Shown here piece after piece: positions 1 through 15,000 of a stretch of DNA of 64,000 nt. The notes under the pieces were generated by a model. That model was not told the origin of the DNA. It saw only the letters and a program-made list of their open reading frames with translations, and searched no databases. Source of the DNA: Eledone cirrhosa (Eukaryota); NCBI GenBank assembly GCA_964016885.1, contig OZ024744.1:103354001-103418000 (forward strand), written 5' to 3'. The translations under genes and the position numbers were made by a program. How positions within the stretch are numbered: the stretch's first letter is position 1; each line of letters begins with the position of its first letter.

Positions 1-3000
1 AAGAATGTAGTAGGTGTGTAAATCACTAACACTAGGTAGGTTATCATGTTTATGACACAGAAGAATATAGTAGGTGTGTATATCACCAACACTAGGTAGG
101 TTATCATGTTTATGACACAGAAGAATGTAGTAGGTGTGTATATCACCAACACTAGGTAGGTTATCATGTTTATGACATAGAAGAATGTAGTAGGTGTGTA
201 TATCACCAACACTAGGTAGGTTATCATGTTTATGACATAGAAGAATGTAGTAGGTGTGTATACCACCAACACTAGGTAGGTTATCATGTTTATGACATAG
301 AAGAATATAGTAGGTGTGTATATCACCAACACTAGGTAGGTTATCATGTTTATGACACAGAAGAATGTAGTAGGTGTGTATATCACCAACACTAGGTAGG
401 TTATCATGTTTATGACATAGAAGAATGTAGTAGGTGTGTATATCACCAACACTAGGTAGGTTATCATGTTTATGACATAGAAGAATGTAGTAGGTGTGTA
501 TATCACCAACACTAGGTAGGTTATCATGTTTATGACACAGAAGAATGTAGTAGGTGTGTATATCACCAACACTAGGTAGGTTATCATGTTTATGACATAG
601 AAGAATGTAGTAGTTGTGTACATCACCAACACTAGGTAGGCTATCATGTTTATGACACAGAAGATTGTAGTAGGTGTGTATATCACCAACACTAGGTAGG
701 TTATCATGTTTATGACACAGAAGATTGTAGCAGGTGTGTATATCACCAACACTAGGTAGGTTATCATGTTTATGACACAGAAGAATGTAGTAGGTGTGTA
801 TATCACCAACACTAGGTAGGTTATCATGTTTATGACACAGAAGAATGTAGTAGGTGTGTAAATCACTAACACTAGGTAGGTTATCATGTTTATGACATAG
901 AAGAATGTAGTAGGTGTGTATATCACCAACACTAGGTAGGTTATCATGTTTATGACACAGAAGAATGTAGTAGGTGTGTAAATCACTAACACTAGGTAGG
1001 TTATCATGTTTATGACACAGAAGAATGTAGTAGGTGTGTATATCACCAACACTAGGTAGGTTATCATGTTTATGACACAGAAGAATGTAGTAGGTGTGTA
1101 TATCACCAACACTAGGTAGGTTATCATGTTTATGACATAGAAGAATATAGTAGGTGTGTAAATCACCAACACTGGGTAGGTTATCATGTTTATGACATAG
1201 AAGAATGTAGTAGGTGTGTATATCAACAACACTAGGTAGGTTATCATGTTTATGACATAGAAGAATGTAGTAGGTGTGTATATCACCAACCCTAGGTAGG
1301 TTATCATGTTTATGACATAGAAGAATGTAGTAGGTGTGTAAATCACTAACACTAGGTAGGTTATCATGTTTATGACACAGAAGAATATAGTAGGTGTGTA
1401 TATCACCAACACTAGGTAGGTTATCATGTTTATGACACAGAAGAATGTAGTAGGTGGGTATATCACCAACACTAGGTAGGTTATCATGTTTATGACATAG
1501 AAGAATGTAGTAGGTGTGTATATCACCAACACTAGGTAGGTTATCATGTTTATGACATAGAAGAATGTAGTAGGTGTGTATACCACCAACACTAGGCAGG
1601 TTATCATGTTTATGACACAGAAGAATGTAGTAGGTGTGTATATCACCAACACTAGGTAGGTTATCATGTTTATGACATAGAAGAATATAGTAGGTGTGTA
1701 AATCACCAACACTGGGTAGGTTATCATGTTTATGACATAGAAGAATGTAGTAGGTGTGTATATCAACAACACTAGGTAGGTTATCATGTTTATGACATAG
1801 AAGAATGTAGTAGGTGTGTATATCACCAACCCTAGGTAGGTTATCATGTTTATGACATAGAAGAATGTAGTAGGTGTGTAAATCACTAACACTAGGTAGG
1901 TTATCATGTTTATGACACAGAAGAATATAGTAGGTGTGTATATCACCAACACTAGGTAGGTTATCATGTTTATGACACAGAAGAATGTAGTAGGTGTGTA
2001 TATCACCAACACTAGGTAGGTTATCATGTTTATGACATAGAAGAATGTAGTAGGTGTGTATATCACCAACACTAGGTAGGTTATCATGTTTATGACATAG
2101 AAGAATGTAGTAGGTGTGTATACCACCAACACTAGGTAGGTTATCATGTTTATGACATAGAAGAATATAGTAGGTGTGTATATCACCAACACTAGGTAGG
2201 TTATCATGTTTATGACACAGAAGAATGTAGTAGGTGTGTATATCACCAACACTAGGTAGGTTATCATGTTTATGACACAGAAGAATGTAGTAGGTGTGTA
2301 TATCACCAACACTAGGTAGGTTATCATGTTTATGACATAGAAGAATATAGTAGGTGTGTATATCACCAACACTAGGTAGGTTATCATGTTTATGACATAG
2401 AAGAATGTAGTAGGTGTGTATATCACCAACACTAGGTAGGTTATCATGTTTATGACACAGAAGAATGTAGTAGGTGTGTATATCACCAACACTAGGTAGG
2501 TTATCATGTTTATGACATAGAAGAATGTAGTAGTTGTGTACATCACCAACACTAGGTAGGCTATCATGTTTATGACACAGAAGATTGTAGTAGGTGTGTA
2601 TATCACCAACACTAGGTAGGTTATCATGTTTATGACACAGAAGATTGTAGTAGGTGTGTATATCACCAACACTAGGTAGGTTATCATGTTTATGACACAG
2701 AAGAATGTAGTAGGTGTGTATATCACCAACACTAGGTAGGTTATCATGTTTATGACACAGAAGAATGTAGTAGGTGTGTAAATCACTAACACTAGGTAGG
2801 TTATCATGTTTATGACATAGAAGAATGTAGTAGGTGTGTATATCACCAACACTAGGTAGGTTATCATGTTTATGACACAGAAGAATGTAGTAGGTGTGTA
2901 TATCACCAACACTAGGTAGGTTATCATGTTTATGACACAGAAGAATGTAGTAGGTGTGTATATCACCAACACTAGGTAGGTTATCATGTTTATGACACAG

Positions 3001-6000
3001 AAGAATGTAGTAGGTGTGTAAATCACTAACACTAGGTAGGTTATCATGTTTATGACATAGAAGAATGTAGTAGGTGTGTATATCACCAACACTAGGTAGG
3101 TTATCATGTTTATGACACAGAAGAATGTAGTAGGTGTGTAAATCCCTAACACTAGGTAGGTTATCATGTTTATGACACAGAAGAATGTAGTAGGTGTGTG
3201 TATCACTAACACTAGGTAGGTTATCATGTTTATGACATAGAAGAATGTAGTAGGTGTGTAAATCACTAACACTAGGTAGGCTATCATGTTTATGACACAG
3301 AAGAATATAGTAGGTATGTATATCACCAACACTAGGTAGGTTATTATGTTTATGACACAGAAGAATGTAGTAGGTGTGTATATCACCAACACTAGGTAGG
3401 TTATCATGTTTATGACATAGAAGAATGTAGTAGGTGTGTATATCACCAACACTAGGTAGGTTATCATGTTTATGACATAGAAGAATGTATTAGGTGTGTA
3501 TACCACCAACACTAGGTAGGTTATCATGTTTATGACATAGAAGAATATAGTAGGTGTGTATATCACCAACACTAGGTAGGTTATCATGTTTATGACACAG
3601 AAGAATGTAGTAGGTGTGTATATCACCAACACTAGGTAGGTTATCATGTTTATGACACAGAAGAATGTAATAGGTGTGTATATCACCAACACTAGGTAGG
3701 TTATCATGTTTATGACATAGAAGAATATAGTAGGTGTGTAAATCACCAACACTGGGTAGGTTATCATGTTTATGACATAGAAGAATGTAGTAGGTGTGTA
3801 TATCAACAACACTAGGTAGGTTATCATGTTTATGACATAGTAGAATGTAGTAGGTGTGTATATCACCAACCCTAGGTAGGTTATCATGTTTATGACATAG
3901 AAGAATGTAGTGGGTGTGTATATCACCAACACTAGGTAGGTTATCATGTTTATGACATAGAAGAATGTAGTAGGTGTGTAAATCACCAACACTAGGTAGG
4001 TTATCATGTTTATGACATAGAAGAATGTAGTAGGTGTGTATATCACCAACACTAGGTAGGTTATCATGTTTATGACACAGAAGAATGTAGTAGGTGTGTA
4101 TATCACCAACACTAGGTAGGTTATCATATTTATGACATAGAAGAATGTAGTAGGTGTGTATATCACCAACACTAGGTAGGTTATCATGTTTATGACACAG
4201 AAGAATGTAGTAGGTGTGTATATCATCAACACTAGGTAGGTTATCATGTTTATGACACAGAAGAATGTAGTAGGTGTGTATATCACCAACACTAGGTAGG
4301 TTATCATGTTTATGACACAGAAGAATGTAGTAGGTGTGTAAATCACTAACACTAGGTAGGTTATCATGTTTATGACATAGAAGAATGTAGTAGGTGTGTG
4401 TATCACCAACACTAGGTAGGTTATCATGTTTATGACATAGAAGAATGTAGTAGGTGTGTATATCACCAACACTAGGTAGGTTATCATGTTTATGACACAG
4501 AAGTATGTAGTAGGTGTGTAAATCACTAACACTAGGTAGGTTATCATGTTTATGACACAGAAGAATGTAGTAGGTGTGTGTATCACCAACACTAGGTAGG
4601 TTATCATGTTTATGACACAGAAGAATATAGTAGGTGTGTATATCACCAACACTAGGTAGGTTATCATGTTTATGACACAGAAGAATGTAGTAGGTGTGTA
4701 TATCACCAACACTAGGTAGGTTATCATGTTTATGACATAGAAGAATGTAGTAGGTGTGTATATCACCAACACTAGGTAGGTTATCATGTTTATGACATAG
4801 AAGAATGTAGTAGGTGTGTATACCACCAACACTAGGTAGGTTATCATGTTTATGACATAGAAGAATATAGTAGGTGTGTATATCACCAACACTAGGTAGG
4901 TTATCATGTTTATGACACAGAAGAATGTAGTAGGTGTGTATATCACCAACACTAGGTAGGTTATCATGTTTATGACATAGAAGAATGTAGTAGGTGTGTA
5001 TATCACCAACACTAGGTAGGTTATCATGTTTATGACATAGAAGAATGTAGTAGGTGTGTATATCACCAACACTAGGTAGGTTATCATGTTTATGACACAG
5101 AAGAATGTAGTAGGTGTGTATATCACCAACACTAGGTAGGTTATCATGTTTATGACATAGAAGAATGTAGTAGTTGTGTACATCACCAACACTAGGTAGG
5201 CTATCATGTTTATGACACAGAAGATTGTAGTAGGTGTGTATATCACCAACACTAGGTAGGTTATCATGTTTATGACACAGAAGATTGTAGCAGGTGTGTA
5301 TATCACCAACACTAGGTAGGTTATCATGTTTATGACACAGAAGAATGTAGTAGGTGTGTATATCACCAACACTAGGTAGGTTATCATGTTTATGACACAG
5401 AAGAATGTAGTAGGTGTGTAAATCACTAACACTAGGTAGGTTATCATGTTTATGACATAGAAGAATGTAGTAGGTGTGTATATCACCAACACTAGGTAGG
5501 TTATCATGTTTATGACACAGAAGAATGTAGTAGGTGTGTAAATCACTAACACTAGGTAGGTTATCATGTTTATGACACAGAAGAATGTAGTAGGTGTGTA
5601 TATCACCAACACTAGGTAGGTTATCATGTTTATGACACAGAAGAATGTAGTAGGTGTGTATATCACCAACACTAGGTAGGTTATCATGTTTATGACATAG
5701 AAGAATATAGTAGGTGTGTAAATCACCAACACTGGGTAGGTTATCATGTTTATGACATAGAAGAATGTAGTAGGTGTGTATATCAACAACACTAGGTAGG
5801 TTATCATGTTTATGACATAGAAGAATGTAGTAGGTGTGTATATCACCAACCCTAGGTAGGTTATCATGTTTATGACATAGAAGAATGTAGTAGGTGTGTA
5901 AATCACTAACACTAGGTAGGTTATCATGTTTATGACACAGAAGAATATAGTAGGTGTGTATATCACCAACACTAGGTAGGTTATCATGTTTATGACACAG

Positions 6001-9000
6001 AAGAATGTAGTAGGTGGGTATATCACCAACACTAGGTAGGTTATCATGTTTATGACATAGAAGAATGTAGTAGGTGTGTATATCACCAACACTAGGTAGG
6101 TTATCATGTTTATGACATAGAAGAATGTAGTAGGTGTGTATACCACCAACACTAGGCAGGTTATCATGTTTATGACACAGAAGAATGTAGTAGGTGTGTA
6201 TATCACCAACACTAGGTAGGTTATCATGTTTATGACATAGAAGAATATAGTAGGTGTGTAAATCACCAACACTGGGTAGGTTATCATGTTTATGACATAG
6301 AAGAATGTAGTAGGTGTGTATATCAACAACACTAGGTAGGTTATCATGTTTATGACATAGAAGAATGTAGTAGGTGTGTATATCACCAACCCTAGGTAGG
6401 TTATCATGTTTATGACATAGAAGAATGTAGTAGGTGTGTAAATCACTAACACTAGGTAGGTTATCATGTTTATGACACAGAAGAATATAGTAGGTGTGTA
6501 TATCACCAACACTAGGTAGGTTATCATGTTTATGACACAGAAGAATGTAGTAGGTGTGTATATCACCAACACTAGGTAGGTTATCATGTTTATGACATAG
6601 AAGAATGTAGTAGGTGTGTATATCACCAACACTAGGTAGGTTATCATGTTTATGACATAGAAGAATGTAGTAGGTGTGTATACCACCAACACTAGGTAGG
6701 TTATCATGTTTATGACATAGAAGAATATAGTAGGTGTGTATATCACCAACACTAGGTAGGTTATCATGTTTATGACACAGAAGAATGTAGTAGGTGTGTA
6801 TATCACCAACACTAGGTAGGTTATCATGTTTATGACACAGAAGAATGTAGTAGGTGTGTATATCACCAACACTAGGTAGGTTATCATGTTTATGACATAG
6901 AAGAATATAGTAGGTGTGTATATCACCAACACTAGGTAGGTTATCATGTTTATGACATAGAAGAATGTAGTAGGTGTGTATATCACCAACACTAGGTAGG
7001 TTATCATGTTTATGACACAGAAGAATGTAGTAGGTGTGTATATCACCAACACTAGGTAGGTTATCATGTTTATGACATAGAAGAATGTAGTAGTTGTGTA
7101 CATCACCAACACTAGGTAGGCTATCATGTTTATGACACAGAAGATTGTAGTAGGTGTGTATATCACCAACACTAGGTAGGTTATCATGTTTATGACACAG
7201 AAGATTGTAGTAGGTGTGTATATCACCAACACTAGGTAGGTTATCATGTTTATGACACAGAAGAATGTAGTAGGTGTGTATATCACCAACACTAGGTAGG
7301 TTATCATGTTTATGACACAGAAGAATGTAGTAGGTGTGTAAATCACTAACACTAGGTAGGTTATCATGTTTATGACATAGAAGAATGTAGTAGGTGTGTA
7401 TATCACCAACACTAGGTAGGTTATCATGTTTATGACACAGAAGAATGTAGTAGGTGTGTATATCACCAACACTAGGTAGGTTATCATGTTTATGACACAG
7501 AAGAATGTAGTAGGTGTGTATATCACCAACACTAGGTAGGTTATCATGTTTATGACACAGAAGAATGTAGTAGGTGTGTAAATCACTAACACTAGGTAGG
7601 TTATCATGTTTATGACATAGAAGAATGTAGTAGGTGTGTATATCACCAACACTAGGTAGGTTATCATGTTTATGACACAGAAGAATGTAGTAGGTGTGTA
7701 AATCCCTAACACTAGGTAGGTTATCATGTTTATGACACAGAAGAATGTAGTAGGTGTGTGTATCACTAACACTAGGTAGGTTATCATGTTTATGACATAG
7801 AAGAATGTAGTAGGTGTGTAAATCACTAACACTAGGTAGGCTATCATGTTTATGACACAGAAGAATATAGTAGGTATGTATATCACCAACACTAGGTAGG
7901 TTATTATGTTTATGACACAGAAGAATGTAGTAGGTGTGTATATCACCAACACTAGGTAGGTTATCATGTTTATGACATAGAAGAATGTAGTAGGTGTGTA
8001 TATCACCAACACTAGGTAGGTTATCATGTTTATGACATAGAAGAATGTATTAGGTGTGTATACCACCAACACTAGGTAGGTTATCATGTTTATGACATAG
8101 AAGAATATAGTAGGTGTGTATATCACCAACACTAGGTAGGTTATCATGTTTATGACACAGAAGAATGTAATAGGTGTGTATATCACCAACACTAGGTAGG
8201 TTATCATGTTTATGACACAGAAGAATGTAATAGGTGTGTATATCACCAACACTAGGTAGGTTATCATGTTTATGACATAGAAGAATATAGTAGGTGTGTA
8301 TATCACCAACACTAGGTAGGTTATCATGTTTATGACATAGAAGAATGTAGTAGGTGTGTATATCACCAACACTAGGTAGGTTATCATGTTTATGACACAG
8401 AAGAATGTAGTAGGTGTGTATATCACCAACACTAGGTAGGTTATCATGTTTATGACATAGAAGAATGTAGTAGTTGTGTACATCACCAACACTAGGTAGG
8501 CTATCATGTTTATGACACAGAAGATTGTAGTAGGTGTGTATATCACCAACACTAGGTAGGTTATCATGTTTATGACACAGAAGATTGTAGTAGGTGTGTA
8601 TATCACCAACACTAGGTAGGTTATCATGTTTATGACACAGAAGAATGTAGTAGGTGTGTATATCACCAACACTAGGTAGGTTATCATGTTTATGACACAG
8701 AAGAATGTAGTAGGTGTGTAAATCACTAACACTAGGTAGGTTATCATGTTTATGACATAGAAGAATGTAGTAGGTGTGTATATCACCAACACTAGGTAGG
8801 TTATCATGTTTATGACACAGAAGAATGTAGTAGGTGTGTAAATCACTAACACTAGGTAGGTTATCATGTTTATGACACAGAAGAATGTAGTAGGTGTGTG
8901 TATCACCAACACTAGGTAGGTTATCATGTTTATGACATAGAAGAATGTAGTAGGTGTGTAAATCACTAACACTAGGTAGGTTATCATGTTTATGACACAG

Positions 9001-12000
9001 AAGAATATAGTAGGTGTGTATATCACCAACACTAGGTAGGTTATCATGTTTATGACACAGAAGAATGTAGTAGGTGTGTATATCACCAACACTAGGTAGG
9101 TTATCATGTTTATGACATAGAAGAATGTAGTAGGTGTGTATATCACCAACACTAGGTAGGTTATCATGTTTATGACACAGAAGAATGTAGTAGGTGTGTA
9201 TATCACCAACACTAGGTAGGTTATCATGTTTATGACACAGAAGAATGTAGTAGGTGTGTATATCACCAACACTAGGTAGGTTATCATGCTTATGACATAG
9301 AAGAATATAGTAGGTGTGTAAATCACCAACACTGGGTAGGTTATCATGTTTATGACATAGAAGAATGTAGTAGGTGTGTATATCAACAACACTAGGTAGG
9401 TTATCATGTTTATGACATAGAAGAATGTAGTAGGTGTGTATATCACCAACCCTAGGTAGGTTATCATGTTTATGACATAGAAGAATGTAGTAGGTGTGTA
9501 TATCACCAACACTAGGTAGGTTATCATGTTTATGACATAGAAGAATGTAGTAGGTGTGTAAATCACCAACACTAGGTAGGTTATCATGTTTATGACATAG
9601 AAGAATGTAGTAGGTGTGTATATCACCAACACTAGGTAGGTTATCATGTTTATGACACAGAAGAATGTAGTAGGTGTGTATATCACCAACACTAGGTAGG
9701 TTATCATATTTATGACATAGAAGAATGTAGTAGGTGTGTATATCACCAACACTAGGTAGGTTATCATGTTTATGACACAGAAGAATGTAGTAGGTGTGTA
9801 TATCATCAACACTAGGTAGGTTATCATGTTTATGACACAGAAGAATGTAGTAGGTGTGTATATCACCAACACTAGGTAGGTTATCATGTTTATGACACAG
9901 AAGAATGTAGTAGGTGTGTAAATCACTAACACTAGGTAGGTTATCATGTTTATGACATAGAAGAATGTAGTAGGTGTGTGTATCACCAACACTAGGTAGG
10001 TTATCATGTTTATGACATAGAAGAATGTAGTAGGTGTGTATATCACCAACACTAGGTAGGTTATCATGTTTATGACACAGAAGAATGTAGTAGGTGTGTA
10101 AATCACTAACACTAGGTAGGTTATCATGTTTATGACACAGAAGAATGTAGTAGGTGTGTGTATCACCAACACTAGGTAGGTTATCATGTTTATGACATAG
10201 AAGAATGTAGTAGGTGTGTAAATCACTAACACTAGGTAGGTTATCATGTTTATGACAGAGAAGAATATAGTAGGTGTGTATATCACCAACACTAGGTAGG
10301 TTATCATGTTTATGACACAGAAGAATGTAGTAGGTGTGTATATCACCAACACTAGGTAGGTTATCATGTTTATGACATAGAAGAATGTAGTAGGTGTGTA
10401 TATCACCAACACTAGGTAGGTTATCATGTTTATGACATAGAAGAATGTAGTAGGTGTGTATACCACCAACACTAGGTAGGTTATCATGTTTATGACATAG
10501 AAGAATATAGTAGGTGTGTATATCACCAACACTAGGTAGGTTATCATGTTTATGACACAGAAGAATGTAGTAGGTGTGTATATCACCAACACTAGGTAGG
10601 TTATCATGTTTATGACATAGAAGAATGTAGTAGGTGTGTATATCACCAACACTAGGTAGGTTATCATGTTTATGACATAGAAGAATGTAGTAGGTGTGTA
10701 TACCACCAACACTAGGTAGGTTATCATGTTTATGACATAGAAGAATATAGTAGGTGTGTATATCACCAACACTAGGTAGGTTATCATGTTTATGACATAG
10801 AAGAATGTAGTAGGTGTGTATATCACCAACACTAGGTAGGTTATCATGTTTATGACATAGAAGAATGTAGTAGGGGTGTATATCACCAACACTAGGTAGG
10901 TTATCATGTTTATGACATAGAAGAATATAGTAGGTGTGTATATCACCAACACTAGGTAGGTTATCATGTTTATGACATAGAAGAATGTAGTAGGTGTGTA
11001 TATCACCAACACTAGGTAGGTTATCATGTTTATGACACAGAAGAATGTAGTAGGTGTGTATATCACCAACACTAGGTAGGTTATCATGTTTATGACATAG
11101 AAGAATGTAGTAGTTGTGTACATCACCAACACTAGGTAGGCTATCATGTTTATGACACAGAAGATTGTAGTAGGTGTGTATATCACCAACACTAGGTAGG
11201 TTATCATGTTTATGACACAGAAGATTGTAGTAGGTGTGTATATCACCAACAATAGGTAGGTTATCATGTTTATGACACAGAAGAATGTAGTAGGTGTGTA
11301 TATCACCAACACTAGGTAGGTTATCATGTTTATGACACAGAAGAATGTAGTAGGTGTGTAAATCACTAACACTAGGTAGGTTATCATGTTTATGACATAG
11401 AAGAATGTAGTAGGTGTGTATATCACCAACACTAGGTAGGTTATCATGTTTATGACACAGAAGAATGTAGTAGGTGTGTAAATCACTAACACTAGGTAGG
11501 TTATCATGTTTATGACACAGAAGAATGTAGTAGGTGTGTGTATCACCAACACTAGGTAGGTTATCATGTTTATGACATAGAAGAATGTAGTAGGTGTGTA
11601 AATCACTAACACTAGGTAGGTTATCATGTTTATGACACAGAAGAATATAGTAGGTGTGTATATCACCAACACTAGGTAGGTTATCATGTTTATGACACAG
11701 AAGAATGTAGTAGGTGTGTATATCACCAACACTAGGTAGGTTATCATGTTTATGACATAGAAGAATGTAGTAGGTGTGTATATCACCAACACTAGGTAGG
11801 TTATCATGTTTATGACACAGAAGAATGTAGTAGGTGTGTATATCACCAACACTAGGTAGGTTATCATGTTTATGACACAGAAGAATGTAGTAGGTGTGTA
11901 TATCACCAACACTAGGTAGGTTATCATGTTTATGACATAGAAGAATATAGTAGGTGTGTAAATCACCAACACTGGGTAGGTTATCATGTTTATGACATAG

Positions 12001-15000
12001 AAGAATGTAGTAGGTGTGTATATCAACAACACTAGGTAGGTTATCATGTTTATGACATAGTAGAATGTAGTAGGTGTGTATATCACCAACCCTAGGTAGG
12101 TTATCATGTTTATGACATAGAAGAATGTAGTAGGTGTGTATATCACCAACACTAGGTAGGTTATCATGTTTATGACATAGAAGAATGTAGTAGGTGTGTA
12201 AATCACCAACACTAGGTAGGTTATCATGTTTATGACATAGAAGAATGTAGTAGGTGTGTATATCACCAACACTAGGTAGGTTATCATGTTTATGACACAG
12301 AAGAATGTAGTAGGTGTGTATATCACCAACACTAGGTAGGTTATCATATTTATGACATAGAAGAATGTAGTAGGTGTGTATATCACCAACACTAGGTAGG
12401 TTATCATGTTTATGACACAGAAGAATGTAGTAGGTGTGTATATCATCAACACTAGGTAGGTTATCATGTTTATGACACAGAAGAATGTAGTAGGTGTGTA
12501 TATCACCAACACTAGGTAGGTTATCATGTTTATGACACAGAAGAATGTAGTAGGTGTGTAAATCACTAACACTAGGTAGGTTATCATGTTTATGACATAG
12601 AAGAATGTAGTAGGTGTGTGTATCACCAACACTAGGTAGGTTATCATGTTTATGACATAGAAGAATGTAGTAGGTGTGTATATCACCAACACTAGGTAGG
12701 TTATCATGTTTATGACACAGAAGAATGTAGTAGGTGTGTAAATCACTAACACTAGGTAGGTTATCATGTTTATGACACAGAAGAATGTAGTAGGTGTGTG
12801 TATCACCAACACTAGGTAGGTTATCATGTTTATGACATAGAAGAATGTAGTAGGTGTGTAAATCACTAACACTAGGTAGGTTATCATGTTTATGACACAG
12901 AAGAATATAGTAGGTGTGTATATCACCAACACTAGGTAGGTTATCATGTTTATGACACAGAAGAATGTAGTAGGTGTGTATATCACCAACACTAGGTAGG
13001 TTATCATGTTTATGACATAGTAGAATGTAGTAGGTGTGTATATCACCAACCCTAGGTAGGTTATCATGTTTATGACATAGAAGAATGTAGTAGGTGTGTA
13101 TATCACCAACACTAGGTAGGTTATCATGTTTATGACATAGAAGAATGTAGTAGGTGTGTAAATCACCAACACTAGGTAGGTTATCATGTTTATGACATAG
13201 AAGAATGTAGTAGGTGTGTATATCACCAACACTAGGTAGGTTATCATGTTTATGACACAGAAGAATGTAGTAGGTGTGTATATCACCAACACTAGGTAGG
13301 TTATCATATTTATGACATAGAAGAATGTAGTAGGTGTGTATATCACCAACACTAGGTAGGTTATCATGTTTATGACACAGAAGAATGTAGTAGGTGTGTA
13401 TATCATCAACACTAGGTAGGTTATCATGTTTATGACACAGAAGAATGTAGTAGGTGTGTATATCACCAACACTAGGTAGGTTATCATGTTTATGACACAG
13501 AAGAATGTAGTAGGTGTGTAAATCACTAACACTAGGTAGGTTATCATGTTTATGACATAGAAGAATGTAGTAGGTGTGTGTATCACCAACACTAGGTAGG
13601 TTATCATGTTTATGACATAGAAGAATGTAGTAGGTGTGTATATCACCAACACTAGGTAGGTTATCATGTTTATGACACAGAAGAATGTAGTAGGTGTGTA
13701 AATCACTAACACTAGGTAGGTTATCATGTTTATGACACAGAAGAATGTAGTAGGTGTGTGTATCACCAACACTAGGTAGGTTATCATGTTTATGACATAG
13801 AAGAATGTAGTAGGTGTGTAAATCACTAACACTAGGTAGGTTATCATGTTTATGACACAGAAGAATATAGTAGGTGTGTATATCACCAACACTAGGTAGG
13901 TTATCATGTTTATGACACAGAAGAATGTAGTAGGTGTGTATATCACCAACACTAGGTAGGTTATCATGTTTATGACATAGAAGAATGTAGTAGGTGTGTA
14001 TATCACCAACACTAGGTAGGTTATCATGTTTATGACATAGAAGAATGTAGTAGGTGTGTATACCACCAACACTAGGTAGGTTATCATGTTTATGACATAG
14101 AAGAATATAGTAGGTGTGTATATCACCAACACTAGGTAGGTTATCATGTTTATGACACAGAAGAATGTAGTAGGTGTGTATATCACCAACACTAGGTAGG
14201 TTATCATGTTTATGACATAGAAGAATGTAGTAGGTGTGTATATCACCAACACTAGGTAGGTTATCATGTTTATGACATAGAAGAATGTAGTAGGTGTGTA
14301 TATCACCAACACTAGGTAGGTTATCATGTTTATGACACAGAAGAATGTAGTAGGTGTGTATATCACCAACACTAGGTAGGTTATCATGTTTATGACATAG
14401 AAGAATGTAGTAGTTGTGTACATCACCAACACTAGGTAGGCTATCATGTTTATGACACAGAAGATTGTAGTAGGTGTGTATATCACCAACACTAGGTAGG
14501 TTATCATGTTTATGACACAGAAGATTGTAGCAGGTGTGTATATCACCAACACTAGGTAGGTTATCATGTTTATGACACAGAAGAATGTAGTAGGTGTGTA
14601 TATCACCAACACTAGGTAGGTTATCATGTTTATGATACAGAAGAATGTAGTAGGTGTGTAAATCACTAACACTAGGTAGGTTATCATGTTTATGACATAG
14701 AAGAATGTAGTAGGTGTGTATATCACCAACACTAGGTAGGTTATCATGTTTATGACACAGAAGAATGTAGTAGGTGTGTAAATCACTAACACTAGGTAGG
14801 TTATCATGTTTATGACACAGAAGAATGTAGTAGGTGTGTATATCACCAACACTAGGTAGGTTATCATGTTTATGACACAGAAGAATGTAGTAGGTGTGTA
14901 TATCACCAACACTAGGTAGGTTATCATGTTTATGACATAGAAGAATATAGTAGGTGTGTAAATCACCAACACTGGGTAGGTTATCATGTTTATGACATAG

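Noticed and set aside
8-56. Small dyads in the monomer (GGTG...CACC; TCAT...ATGA)
   Set aside because: Stems of 4-5 bp are expected by chance and show no compensatory variation.
36-60. Plus-strand donor (AG|GTAGGT) and YAG acceptor in every monomer, matching the CAG/TAG polymorphism
   Set aside because: The implied 25-nt intron is too short for metazoan splicing, the pyrimidine tract is poor, and the 35-nt exon is not frame-preserving.
3-62. Plus-strand frame ECSRCVYHQH*VGYHVYD(T/I)E, with one UAG that A-to-I editing could recode to Trp (genomic TGG variants exist)
   Set aside because: It would need near-complete editing in every monomer, the frequent CACTAA variant adds UAA stops, and the spacing is not a canonical zinc finger.
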